IMG/VR virus record: IMGVR_UViG_3300028416_000010
DNA from: an uncultured virus (IMG/VR IMGVR_UViG_3300028416_000010)
Lineage: Duplodnaviria; Heunggongvirae; Uroviricota; Caudoviricetes
DNA: 64,000 nt
Direction: 5' to 3' (one strand)
Below are positions 9,967-21,171 of the stretch, one piece after another. The translations under genes were made by a program, and so were the position numbers. How positions within the stretch are numbered: position 1 is the stretch's first letter; the number at the start of each line of letters is the position of its first letter. The notes beneath the pieces are model-generated. The model did not search any database. It was not told where the DNA came from and saw nothing but the letters and a program-made list of their open reading frames with translations.

Positions 9967-12900
9967 TTATCCAATTTCAAATTTATCTTCATCAACATCA
10001 AAACTTCTATATACTTTAAGTCCTTTGTACTTGTTTTCAACAACCCAATCATTTTGACCATGTAAACCCAATTGACTACCAACGTATTGCCATTTATTTG
10101 GATGTACTATAATATGTTTTGGCTCTCTATGGTTATCAATTGCCCAGTGATGAATAGTACTATCTAACAAATCTTCGTAGTATGACTTTTCATTTAATTC
10201 TTTCATATTTTCGTTTACTTGATTAATTTGATATTGTATATGATTATAACCTAATGAGTACATGATGATTTAATTTGATTTATCCTTTCTTCAATTAACT
10301 TATCAATTTTTTCTAAAATAGGGTTTTCTACTTTATGTGTTAATTCTTGTGTTGGTAGATTATATATTATGGTGGGTAATGAATGACCATAGACACTATT
10401 TTTAAGTAAGTATAAACTATTTAGATGGGGGTCGTTTAATATCCTTTCCACTATTTCCTTTCTATCTTCCATAATACATCTATTTTAAATTAATTAACTC
10501 TTGTCTAACTTCTTTCCAGTAATTAATGACTGAATACCAACCCATAGGATATACAGGTTCAGATTTTATTATTTCATCAACACATATTAAAGAACAATCT
10601 ATAGCCCTTTCATTAAGGTTATATTCTGGTATATCTGAAATACTATAATAATATTTCTCATATATTTCTATTGCCTTTTCTTTTGGTGTCATAACTTAAT
10701 TATTATAATATTGTTCTTTTAATATTTTCGGTTTTCTACTTGTCCATTTGGACCAAACTCTATCAACTTTCCAGTGTGTTGGAATTGTACAAACAAATCT
10801 TAAATAAGGTAATAACGCTGTGATTCCAATTCCCCAATGAGATGGGTCGAATACCAATGCCAATTCAAAATCAAATGAATCTCTTGTCCATATCCTAAAA
10901 AACAACCAATGAAATGAAAAATTTGATGTGTTATGTTCATTCGATTTTTTGGTTGTTATATATGGAAGAAGTGGAAATGTTTGATTTGTATACCACTTTC
11001 TTTCTTTATATTCTGGATTTCTTTGTATATTACTCATAATTTTCTGTTTTTATACTTCTTCCTCCACAAGAGGTTATTAATTCTTTTGACCAAAATGGTG
11101 TCATTGGTAACCAATTATATATAAGATAATATGTACCGCCTTTCCATTTTCTATACCACTTATATTGAATCAATTCAAATTCAATAGATTTTTTAATTTT
11201 TGTTATCATAACAATCATTTAATATATTCCCCAACTTATAACATATCTTTCATTATAAGAAATTATACTATAATCTGTTTCTATAACTAAATCAGTGTGA
11301 TTCCCATCTTCAGAAGTTTCCCACCTAATCTTTTTTATAGTTTCATATTCTGGTTTAGGGCACTCTTTAGGTCTTCCTTTTGCTGATTGATTTAACACTT
11401 GGTCCAGTATTTTATCACCAACTTTCACTCTAGCGTATTTAATTTCTTTACTCTCCATAATTCCATTCATTAACAATAAAATCAATTTCTTCCATACCAT
11501 TGTTTAATCCTTGTTTACCACTATCAATCCACTGGACAACTTCCTTAATGGCGTTTAATCTCTTTTGGTTCCATTTGGTAATGTCGTCTTGTTTCTCACA
11601 CATAAAATTATATTCACCACCAAATATCTTAAAATGAAATATACCATCCTTTTCTCCTTCTGCCTGTATTAAACCAACATCAACACCCTCAATAAAGAGA
11701 GTGGTACCTTGTCTCTTCCAATCAGATACGACCCTATTACCATAATCGTATTTGATGTATATTTCTTTTGTGTTTCCACCTTTATATTCTTTAACTCTTC
11801 CCGTGTCTGTGTCAGTATCCATCCACATTAAAGAAAAAGGTGTCACATCAAAACCATTCATATCCCATATATCAAAACTAATTAACTCTTTTTTACCAGG
11901 TGATGACATAACATATTCACATTCGATACCATCGTTTAAAACTCTTTTTGGAATAAGGGTAACAGGTTGCCCCATGTCTAATGTATATCTTTTATCTAAA
12001 ACTATTTCCTTCTTACTCATAAAACAAATATAATTAATTTATGTCTTTAATACAACTTTATATTTGGTATTTTTTTAAATCTTTAAACGCCTCAATATCA
12101 AAAAACTCAGATTCTATTTTACCCATAACATCTTTTAAGAATCTACCTTGGGTTTCATAATCCATATTGGTTATGGCAGATTTAATAGACATAGATAATG
12201 ATGCGGTTAGTAGACCAACTAGTTCTAAATCAGACATTCTCTTATCTTCTTGAAAGTATTTAAAGTTAAGGTATATCCTACCATCATCTTTAACATTACC
12301 TTCTAAAATGATTCTTTTTAACTCTTCTTCACTCATCTTTGTTTTGGTTTAGTATTAATTAATAATTGTGGTAATTCATTTGGTTGTAAACTAATTACAC
12401 CTACACTACTTTCATGTATTTCTAATCCATAATCCCTCATACAAATAGAATATTCAACACCTTCCTTTGTTCTTAATATAATAGGATTATACACCTCTTC
12501 TAATACAACTTCCCCATAATCATTTACACTAACTATCTTCATCTTGTTTTAATTTTTCAACTAAATAATATGCTGGTAATCCTTTACATAAATCACCATC
12601 GAAATCAACATCCACCTGATATGAATACCCTCTACCAAAGGCATGTAAATCAGAATAACACCTCTTAACTATACCACTTTTACCTATATGTTGTCTTACC
12701 TTTGGTATTAAAGAAAATGTTTCACTATCTGTTTTCACAACTATTTCATCCAATTCCACAATGGAGTCAATACTAAATCCATAATTAAACGACCTCTCAT
12801 CAATTATCCTTTCAATATCAGACATCTTTGTTCTTTGTTCCTCATGAAACTTCTGAAACTTATCTAACGCACTAAGAGTGTGTTCTCTCATCTCACCCTG

Positions 12901-14537
12901 TACAGGTGTATCCGTTTCGTATTTAATTTTATTATCTTTACTCATCTTTGTTTTTGTTTAATATTTTTCACCTACTATTTGATATACTTCCCACAATAAA
13001 TCTCTGGCATTCTCCAACTTCTTTCTTATTTTCTTATGTTCATCACATACAGGATGTTCTACCAAATAATCATTAATGTTCATCATTACCATATGAGTTC
13101 TATCTAATAACTCATGATAGTGGAAATCACTTATTTCTCTTTTACTCATCTTTATTTAATTTATTAACACGCAAAACCTTCTCCATCATTTTCAATATTA
13201 TCAATCATCATCTTCAGTTGTGATATTAATAATTCTTTATTTTTACCACACTGATGCATTACAAGTAACTTACCATGACCATTAGAAACTGGGTCACCAT
13301 GTTCATCAAAACCACCTATATACGTACTTATTTGTTCAGTTTCAAACCATTTGGTTGGGACTTTTTCTAGGTAATCACTGTCAACGATACCATCCTCAAC
13401 CAATTTTTTATCATCATCTACCGTACCTAAACCAATAACCATTACTTCATCACTAGACCCTACTTCAATTTCGATATTAGATTCACCCTCTATTAATTCC
13501 CAATCATTAGAATTTTCAACTAAATCCATACTTATAGATTCCAAAGCAACAACTTTACCATTACCCCTTTGGAAGTTTAAGAAATTATCATGTTCATTTG
13601 TTTCACCAATAATCCCAGTATTTTTATGTCTATATTTACTCATCTTTGTTTTGGTTTATTTTACATAATTTCATTTTTTATTTACCAAAAGGCCATCCAG
13701 CAAAATCCTCTGAATCTATAATCGATTCAATTAACGAAACACCATAATCTTCATCAAGCGATGTAAATGTTATTTTGTCTATATTATATCCTTCAGGATG
13801 TTTCTTAGCATAAAACAACATAGCACCTGTTTCTGGTAATGTATAATCAAGATTGTCCTTTAAAGGTTTAATATACTTAGTATAAACTTGTTGTGCAGTC
13901 ATTTGTACAAATAATTCTTCCAATTCATTATTAGTGTTTTCCATAACTTAAACTGTTTTAATTTCTATTACTATTTTTTCACCATCAACAAACAAAGGAA
14001 TACTAACCGAATCATTTGTTGGATGACACATTTTAGGAAATTGTTTGATTTCATATTCCTATTTTGTTTCTTTACTACCTCCAATTGTTTCCCATATTTG
14101 TAGTGATTCTTGAATTTTTGTAGTGATTCGTTCTACTTGTTTTGATTTTTACATATTTTTCTCATTCTACTGTTAACATAATCTTCAGTTTCATCTCTTT
14201 CCAACCCAGCTTCCATCATTTCTTTATTACCTTGACCATAAATAAAAGCCTGCTTAATTTACTTCTCTAACTCTTCTATAGTTATTTTTATCTCTTTACT
14301 CATCTTTGTTTTGTTTTAATAATAATCCTCTTCATCCCAATAAACTTCCTTACCTAATTCTTTGGCAACCGCTTGAGATACACTATTTATACTAGCACCT
14401 AAAAACTCCTTCCATTCTGTATTAGGATTACAAATACAACTATTACCACCACTTGTTAGTTTAATTCTATCGACATCCCACTTAACACCAAAGTAATCAA
14501 GGAAGTCCTTACATCTATTTAATTCTTTCTCTGTCAT
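9967..14537 (-). CDS. Operon of ~15 small hypothetical phage proteins (62-190 aa)
   Basis: Contiguous or overlapping minus-strand ORFs in the track; no recognisable motifs. Confidence 0.7.
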
Positions 14538-14560
14538 ATTTCAAGTATAGTAAAAATTAT

Positions 14561-15043
14561 TTAAAATAACGAATTTAATAACACTGGTTTATAGTTTAAT
14601 TGTTCACAACACACATTTATATATCTTTCATCACCAATAATATCTTCATGTAAATGTCCATGTATGTTGATTTTAAATCTCTCTAATTCAATTGGATGTA
14701 TTGGTATATGTGTTAAAACATATCCTTTCTTTTTGTCTGTTACAGCACCAGAAACAGCGTTAACGTATTGTAACATTTTTTCGTTGTGTGAAGTTTTACA
14801 CATATCATGGTTACCTAAAACAACTTTTTTATTACCCTTTAGTAGACCTAGTTTATAATATTCAGAAGATTTCTCCATTGTTAAATCCCCTAAAATCCAT
14901 GTTGTATCACCTTTATTTACTACACTATTCCATGAATCGATAATGTGTTGGTCGTGTTCCTCTACACTACCAAACCCTCTATAGATAGCCATATTTTTAT
15001 GACCTAAATGTAAATCAGATATTATATAAACTTTTCCACCCAT
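14561..15043 (-). CDS. Calcineurin-like phosphoesterase (phage RNA-repair-associated type)
   Basis: SDLHLGH, LGD, GNHD, THIP, NIHGHLH motifs. Confidence 0.9.
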   Translation of the reverse strand: MGGKVYIISDLHLGHKNMAIYRGFGSVEEHDQHIIDSWNSVVNKGDTTWILGDLTMEKSSEYYKLGLLKGNKKVVLGNHDMCKTSHNEKMLQYVNAVSGAVTDKKKGYVLTHIPIHPIELERFKINIHGHLHEDIIGDERYINVCCEQLNYKPVLLNSLF

Positions 15044-15067
15044 ATTTCAAATATAATAAAAATTATT

Positions 15068-15900
15068 TTAATCCCACCATCTTCTAATATAAAATTCTAA
15101 AAGTGTATACAATAATTTATGAGCTCTTTCTTGTTTAGCTTGAGATTCTTTAAACCATTTATCTTTATTAGATTTTATTTCATCTCGTAATTCAGCATAT
15201 TTTTCATCAATCTCATAGTTCCATTTTATTGTGTTAAAACCAGGTCTATCTGGAATTTTTTCAAATACCCACTCATCAACATCTTCACCATAAGTGTCTT
15301 TTAGTTTTTGTTGGTATTCACAGGCGTAGTCTTCATCATATACTTTATCCATTAATCTACAAATCATACGAATTCTTTGAGCGTCAATATGTGAGTTAAA
15401 ACCATAAGCTTTATCAGATTCCATGAACTTAGCTTGTTTCAATAACTGATGTTTGAATACTTCTAACGAGTATCTATAATCAAAATCAAATTGGTTCCAT
15501 ACCACAGGAATCCAATTAATAATATTTTTAATTTGTTTATATTTTCTGCGAGGCCAGTAAGTGATGTTTCTCCAAATATTTTCTAATTTATTTTTCATAA
15601 TTATTCTTTGTATAATATTGTTTTAACTAAATTTTCCATAAAAAAATATGATGGTTCATGCCCTCCAATTTCAAATTGTGTTACTTCATTTATTGGTTTG
15701 TTTTCCTTCCAATCATAAATGCAAAAAAAATAACCATCATGCTCTAAAATCCATTCATATCTTGATTTCCCATCTCCAGAATTTATTCTATTTGGCTCTC
15801 CAAAAAGCTCAACCAATCTATAATAAGAAACATTAATTGAACCTCTATGTGAAGAACCAATTAATTTATCTTTTACTTTTTCTTTATAAACTCTTTTCAT
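15068..15900 (-). CDS. Two hypothetical phage proteins (15068-15598, 15601-15900)
   Basis: Full-length ORFs; the second has a 'DGKSRYEW...IYDWK' pattern. Confidence 0.7.
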
Positions 15901-15934
15901 ATATATTAATATTTAGAGACAAATTTAATAAATT

Positions 15935-16978
15935 TCATAATAATTTATATTCTGGTTTTAATAATTTCCATATATAATTCGAATAGTTTTTTCCATCATA
16001 CATTCTGAATAATATCGGTTGTAAGTGTTTGTCTTGTTTCTTAACCCATTCAGCATAAAACTTCTTCTCTGGTAAATCACCATCATAATTTTCGTATAAC
16101 ATATCAAACAACTTACCAGCATGTTCACTTATGGACATGAAACCATACTTTAATGATTTCTCATAGTCTCTTATTTGTGGGTAAAACTCATCTGGTACAC
16201 CATCAAAAACTTCTTCTATTGATTCACCATTTGATAATATCTCCCACACTGACTTAGTAGATATCATTGATATTATTCTATGAAGTCTTATATACTCTTC
16301 ACCTTTGATTTTCATTTTGTCACCATTGGAGAATCTAACAACAAAACCTTCTTCATTATCACCAACCATATCTTTCAAAAGGGTGAAGTCTTTTATACCA
16401 TCGTATTTCTTAACAACACTTAAACTTATGTTGGATATTAAGTTTTTAAATCTTATAGGTCCGTTGTGGATGTCTATCTCCTCACCAGACTCAGTATTTA
16501 TCATTCCCAATAATATAACGTCTTCAAATGAATATTTAACCACTATATGATTTTCATTATATATTATTTCAAATAGATAAGTATAATCTTTGTGTAATTT
16601 TTGGTATTCGTATTTGGATAATAATTCTAAACCTCTAACAGATTGTTCTGAAGTGAATGAACCACGAGTGGCGAATATCCATTCACCCTTGTAGTTAAAA
16701 AGTATTCCCAATGAACCATCCATTTTATCATAAACGCCAAAGTCTGAAGTTGGTGTGTGTTTACCCTCTTCCATATTGAAGAATTTTTTGAAAGGACGTG
16801 CTACTATATTACCTTCATCATCAGTTACCAACCCTCTACATTGTAATAGAGTTTCATCCCATAAACCTTCATATTGAACCTTATCTGAATAGTTCCATAT
16901 GGTTAATGGTAATGAAGGGTGTTTTTGACTAAACAATAAACCTTCTGATTCGTATTTATGTAATAATTTTAAATCCAT
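15935..16978 (-). CDS. T4 Rnl1-like RNA ligase
   Basis: Motif I KMDGS, plus RPFKKFFN, ATRGSF, LFEII, EGFVV, KIK. Confidence 0.9.
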   Translation of the reverse strand: MDLKLLHKYESEGLLFSQKHPSLPLTIWNYSDKVQYEGLWDETLLQCRGLVTDDEGNIVARPFKKFFNMEEGKHTPTSDFGVYDKMDGSLGILFNYKGEWIFATRGSFTSEQSVRGLELLSKYEYQKLHKDYTYLFEIIYNENHIVVKYSFEDVILLGMINTESGEEIDIHNGPIRFKNLISNISLSVVKKYDGIKDFTLLKDMVGDNEEGFVVRFSNGDKMKIKGEEYIRLHRIISMISTKSVWEILSNGESIEEVFDGVPDEFYPQIRDYEKSLKYGFMSISEHAGKLFDMLYENYDGDLPEKKFYAEWVKKQDKHLQPILFRMYDGKNYSNYIWKLLKPEYKLL

Positions 16979-16992
16979 ACCACAAATATAAC

Positions 16993-17026
16993 AAAAAAAG
17001 GTTAGATAACAAATATCTAACCTCTT
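16993..17026 (-). terminator. Intrinsic terminator downstream of cassette array 1
   Basis: AGGTTAGATA-N4-TATCTAACCT hairpin with adjacent A-run (T-tract on the minus strand). Confidence 0.7.
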
Positions 17027-17135
17027 AATTTTAAATTTTCTTTGTTCTATCTGAATAATTTAAATATGTAAACTTTTGTTCACAAATCTTTACAATTTTT
17101 TGATTTAGCATCCTATAACTATTTAATAATTAATA

Positions 17136-17166
17136 ACTTACAAAAAGGTGTTGATATATACTAGTT
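17136..17166 (+). other. attI-like primary recombination site, copy 1
   Basis: ACTTACAAAAAGGTGTTGATATATACTAGTT is identical to 62273-62303; identity ends exactly at the GTT of the first cassette. Confidence 0.75.
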
Positions 17167-17207
17167 GTAGTGCATTAAAACGACACCACAACAATATATA
17201 AAATCAA

Positions 17208-17366
17208 TTAATTATTACTATTTGCTTTTAAGAACATTATTGCAGTTTTGTAACTTTCAATCAATCTAAAGTAAGAGGCTTCTACAAAATCTTCTCTTGC
17301 TTTACTATGTTGTTTCTTTGCTTTTTTTAGTTGGTATTCCATCAACTTTATTGTTATCCAATCCAT
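17208..17366 (-). CDS. 52-aa ORF wholly inside an attC loop
   Basis: MDWITIKLMEYQLKK...FLKANSNN, between the arms of the first attC. Confidence 0.65.
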   Translation of the reverse strand: MDWITIKLMEYQLKKAKKQHSKAREDFVEASYFRLIESYKTAIMFLKANSNN

Positions 17367-17390
17367 AATTAACTGTTTTTATATTTAACG

Positions 17391-17675
17391 TTAGCAGCCA
17401 TTTAAGACCGCATCTACCAACGCTTGACGAGTATCAAAACAATCTTCGTCTTTTACCCAAAATTTGCAACCCATTTCACCACTTGTATGGTAAACTTCCA
17501 ATTCAATGTCGGTGTGTTCATATAGGTAATGTTTCTGACCTCTAATAGCTTCTACTTTGCCATTCATAATGTGTCGCCCATTTAAAAACCACACCTCTTG
17601 TCCGAAATTAAAACGGCTGCTAACAGCAGCTATGCCTAATTGCGGAGCTTCGTTGTAATCTGATACTTTTTCCAT
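17391..17675 (-). CDS. Cassette protein (starts in attC loop, stop in crossover GTTA)
   Basis: PQLGIAAVSS is the translated attC arm. Confidence 0.75.
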   Translation of the reverse strand: MEKVSDYNEAPQLGIAAVSSRFNFGQEVWFLNGRHIMNGKVEAIRGQKHYLYEHTDIELEVYHTSGEMGCKFWVKDEDCFDTRQALVDAVLNGC

Positions 17676-17744
17676 TTTATTATATTTTGTTGTTAATTAA
17701 AAATTTCGTTCTTTAAATCCGCAACTAAGCATAGCTGCAAACCG

Positions 17745-18032
17745 TTATGGTGCATACAGCTTCAACCTCTTAACTTGGTCAATCCCTTTTGCATTACAAT
17801 ACAAGGCAAAATTTCCTAAGTATTTATAACTTTCACTACTTATATCCATCGAACTACGTACATCGCCTAAGTTATCCCAGTGCTTTGCTACGTTCTGCAA
17901 TCCTAAAAACATACTTGCGTTCTTTGCAATCAAATAATTTTGCCTTTTTTCGCTACTAAGCAAGAAAGTACGCACCATAACAATGCGTATAATCCATTGC
18001 TTAAATTCTACTAATTTGTTAAGTATCTTCAT
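17745..18032 (-). CDS. Cassette protein (starts in attC loop, stop in crossover GTTA)
   Basis: QWIIRIVMVR is the translated attC arm. Confidence 0.7.
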   Translation of the reverse strand: MKILNKLVEFKQWIIRIVMVRTFLLSSEKRQNYLIAKNASMFLGLQNVAKHWDNLGDVRSSMDISSESYKYLGNFALYCNAKGIDQVKRLKLYAP

Positions 18033-18113
18033 TTTATAATCTTTTAGTTGTTATCCAAAGTCTGTGCTGTTAAACGCAACGTATCATACGCTCAACGTTA
18101 TAAAACATAAAAA

Positions 18114-18389
18114 TTATTTACACGGTTCGTTTTTTCTGCCACTACCTGTTTCAATCAAGTATGCCTTTTCGATTAACTTCAAATAAGATACTGGTTTGCC
18201 TCTATCAGTGTCACAAATAACTTTCTGTCTTTCTTCATTATAGTATCCTTCAGAAGTTAATCGAAATTCCTCACCATCGGGCATTCTAACTAAATCACCT
18301 TTTCTCCACGCAGATAATACTGGGTTATGTTCTATCCTATCCATAATTTTTACGTTTTTATAACAACAAATATAAGCAATTATTCTCAC
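18114..18389 (-). CDS. Cassette protein (start uncertain, possibly 18344)
   Basis: ORF in the cassette body; SH3-like 'KGDLVR' stretch. Confidence 0.65.
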   Translation of the reverse strand: MRIIAYICCYKNVKIMDRIEHNPVLSAWRKGDLVRMPDGEEFRLTSEGYYNEERQKVICDTDRGKPVSYLKLIEKAYLIETGSGRKNEPCK

Positions 18390-18473
18390 AATTCCAAATA
18401 AATGTTGTTTATTAATATTAAGTTCCGTTCTTCTAATTAAGTTTTCGTTAATAACTGCTTATATTTGCAACCG

Positions 18474-18614
18474 TTAGCAAACATCGTGTTTTAAGTTACA
18501 TTTGCTACATATCCAATACTCTTTTTTATCTGTTTCTTTTAGTTTGCCTAATCGGTACATATCAGATACTTTTTTTCTTTTATTGCACCAATCGCATTTC
18601 TTAGTCTTTGTCAT
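18474..18614 (-). CDS. 46-aa zinc-finger-like cassette protein
   Basis: CDWC...CSKC; stop in crossover GTTA. Confidence 0.65.
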   Translation of the reverse strand: MTKTKKCDWCNKRKKVSDMYRLGKLKETDKKEYWICSKCNLKHDVC

Positions 18615-18669
18615 AGTCACGTTTGCTAACATTATTTAAAAATCATTAAAACGCTTTTTACATTTAGCG

Positions 18670-18894
18670 TTAGCGGAAATGCCTTTTAAGAGCTTCATTC
18701 GTCTTTTCGGCTTTCTTGGAAAAATCATGGTCATATAATGCTTTATCTGTGCAATCGGCACATAATCCGTCATACATATCTCTATGAACTGTCCCGTCTT
18801 TTTTTAAGCAACCACTACATACTAAGGCACTATCCGCTAACAAGCGGTTAGCGTCATTGCCGTTTTCGTGGTCAATTGAAGTTTTGTGTTCCAT
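18670..18894 (-). CDS. Zinc-finger-like cassette protein (starts in attC loop)
   Basis: CSGC...CADC; NDANRLLAD is the translated attC arm. Confidence 0.7.
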   Translation of the reverse strand: MEHKTSIDHENGNDANRLLADSALVCSGCLKKDGTVHRDMYDGLCADCTDKALYDHDFSKKAEKTNEALKRHFR

Positions 18895-18971
18895 ATCAAA
18901 TTTATTTTAAAGTTAAAGTTTCGTGTTCCAAAGTCGGCAACGAACGCCAACCCTCAACCGTTATAAACAAA

Positions 18972-19157
18972 TTATACATATCCCGTTAATTCTCTAATGG
19001 CTTCATCTCTTTTTTTCTTTTCAGAAAAAGGTATTACATCGCCATCTAAATAAATACAATAAAAACCTTGTTCCTCGCCACTTTTCACTATTTTAACATT
19101 TGCCACATTAACATAAATAACACCGTCAATAGTTCCGCTTATCATTCTAAAATTCAT
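18972..19157 (-). CDS. Cassette protein
   Basis: 61-aa ORF filling the cassette body. Confidence 0.7.
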   Translation of the reverse strand: MNFRMISGTIDGVIYVNVANVKIVKSGEEQGFYCIYLDGDVIPFSEKKKRDEAIRELTGYV

Positions 19158-19301
19158 ATTTTCATCAGTTTATAACATTATTTAAAAATCATTAAAACGC
19201 TTTTTACACTCAACGTTATGTGTAAGTGTTCTGTTCATCGTTCTAATCAACATTTCGGTTGAAAATTTTAAAATAAAAATTCTACACACAAATTTAACAA
19301 A

Positions 19302-19823
19302 TTAATTTGAATAATCAAAATCATATTTTACTATAAGGTTTTTTGGTATAATCCCAAGATACGCAACAGAACCCCATATATCTAAACTTTCAATTATCTT
19401 TTCACTATCGGTTTCCGCTTTGTTCCAACCATATTTATTTAATATGTAATCATCATCCCAAGTTAATTTATCTAAATTTAATTTAGTAACATCAATCCAT
19501 AATCTCACTATTGGTTTGGTTTCATAGTTTTCTTCATTCTCATAATATTCATCCATCACATCCATTAGTGATTGTGGTAAATTCGCTTTATATAATGATT
19601 GTGACGTAGTTAAAAAAATACCTTCTGAAACATCTCTATAATAAGAATTTGGGTTTTTTCGTGGTATTAAACCCTCAATTTTAATATCATCTAAGTAATC
19701 AGTTAATGTATAATGAAAAAGATATTTCCCATCAATTAAATAGTTTTTAACATTATCATTTACATAGTTTTCATTCAAAAACTCTCGTATTGTGGTTTTA
19801 ATAAATTGTCTCAAATCTTTCAT
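19302..19823 (-). CDS. Cassette protein, possible ADP-ribosyltransferase/Tpt1-like fold
   Basis: 'LFHYT...IKIEGLIP...GIFLT' pattern; 'IKTTIREFLNE' leader; upstream TATTTATA motif. Confidence 0.45.
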   Translation of the reverse strand: MKDLRQFIKTTIREFLNENYVNDNVKNYLIDGKYLFHYTLTDYLDDIKIEGLIPRKNPNSYYRDVSEGIFLTTSQSLYKANLPQSLMDVMDEYYENEENYETKPIVRLWIDVTKLNLDKLTWDDDYILNKYGWNKAETDSEKIIESLDIWGSVAYLGIIPKNLIVKYDFDYSN

Positions 19824-20069
19824 CTTTTATTTTATATATAAATATTAACAATTAAAATTTCCACCGTTCTTTTTCTTTTAAAACTTTTGTTCAGTTCTCC
19901 GAATAAACATACTACCTTAATTAACCACACCTACACATAACAAGGTGTATATGTAATGTGAGGTTCAGTGTTATGTTAAAGTTCATCATTCTAATCAACA
20001 TTTGTGGTTAAGTGGAGTTTAGTGTTTCAAATCTCACACTACATATACACCCAACCGTTGTAAGTAATA

Positions 20070-20228
20070 TTATTTTTTAGGGTTTCTTGTTTTCCAAAAC
20101 TCTATTGCTTCTCTATGTGTAAAAAACTCGTGAAGTTCATAGAACCTTTCTCCGTTTTCTACATAAGCAAAATCCCATACTTCCCACTTATTTGTTTCTT
20201 TGTTTTTTACTGGTCTTTGACAATCCAT
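20070..20228 (-). CDS. 52-aa cassette protein
   Basis: MDCQRPVKNKETNKWEVWDF...RNPKK fills the cassette body. Confidence 0.65.
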   Translation of the reverse strand: MDCQRPVKNKETNKWEVWDFAYVENGERFYELHEFFTHREAIEFWKTRNPKK

Positions 20229-20350
20229 AATCTATTCATTTAGTTAAAAAATAATACATACTCACAACAACGTGTAAAATTCATTAAAACGAAATCTTAC
20301 ACAAACCGTTATAGCCCATTGTAGAAAACGGCAGACAAAACATTAAAAAT

Positions 20351-20959
20351 ATGGAGTTAGAAAAAAAACTCGACAAAGTATTAAATATTCTATATGACGA
20401 ATCCTTGTTGACGTTAAAAAGAATACCAACAACAGACATTGCTGTATTCGGAAAACGTAGATATGGACTTGATATGTCTGATACTGAAATATTATTAATA
20501 ATGGATACCTTACAAGATGAAGGATATGTTATTATGAATAAAGGCGATTTTTCAGGTTCAAATATGAAAATGCCAACATATTCCTTAACAAGTAAGGGGA
20601 TACGACTTAAACAAAATGGTGGTTTTGCATTTAAAAGACATGTTGAATGGTGGACAAATTTCTTAATTATTTCCGCTTCCATAGTGACTATTATTGTTGG
20701 TTTAGCGACAAGTATTGATTTTTATTTTAAATATTTATCCTCTCCAAGCGAAATAAATAATAGCACTGAAAACACTCAGACAATAACAGAACCAACCCCA
20801 AAAGCCGATTATAATATTGAATTTAGCGATACAGAAAAGACTAACAATGATAAAAATGGCAATACCAATACCAATCAAAACAAGATGGATACTATTACCG
20901 ACATTGACACCATTACTGACTCTATCAAGAAAACGGCTATCAGACCGACTAATAAATGA
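20351..20959 (+). CDS. Canonically oriented cassette gene: wHTH-like N-terminus, one TM, Thr/Asn-rich tail
   Basis: Only + strand gene in the array; followed by the attC at 21035-21165. Confidence 0.8.
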   Translation: MELEKKLDKVLNILYDESLLTLKRIPTTDIAVFGKRRYGLDMSDTEILLIMDTLQDEGYVIMNKGDFSGSNMKMPTYSLTSKGIRLKQNGGFAFKRHVEWWTNFLIISASIVTIIVGLATSIDFYFKYLSSPSEINNSTENTQTITEPTPKADYNIEFSDTEKTNNDKNGNTNTNQNKMDTITDIDTITDSIKKTAIRPTNK

Positions 20960-21171
20960 TTTTTTTCTTTTAAATAATGACATATTTTTAATTTTAACTA
21001 ATTGATTAATAATACAAAATACAAGAACAACGGACTATAACAGCGTATATGAGCAATAGCGGTTGTAGTGGTAAATTGAAGTTTAGTGTTTCTAATAAAG
21101 TTCGGTACTATCCGAAAGTTTATGTTTCTAAATCCGCTACTGCTCATATACGCAAAACGTTAGGCTTAATA

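Noticed and set aside
17136..17166. dif/Xer site interpretation of the 31-mer
   Set aside because: It lacks the 11-6-11 inverted arrangement and the TTATGTTAAA-type XerD arm; its position at the head of cassette arrays fits attI better.
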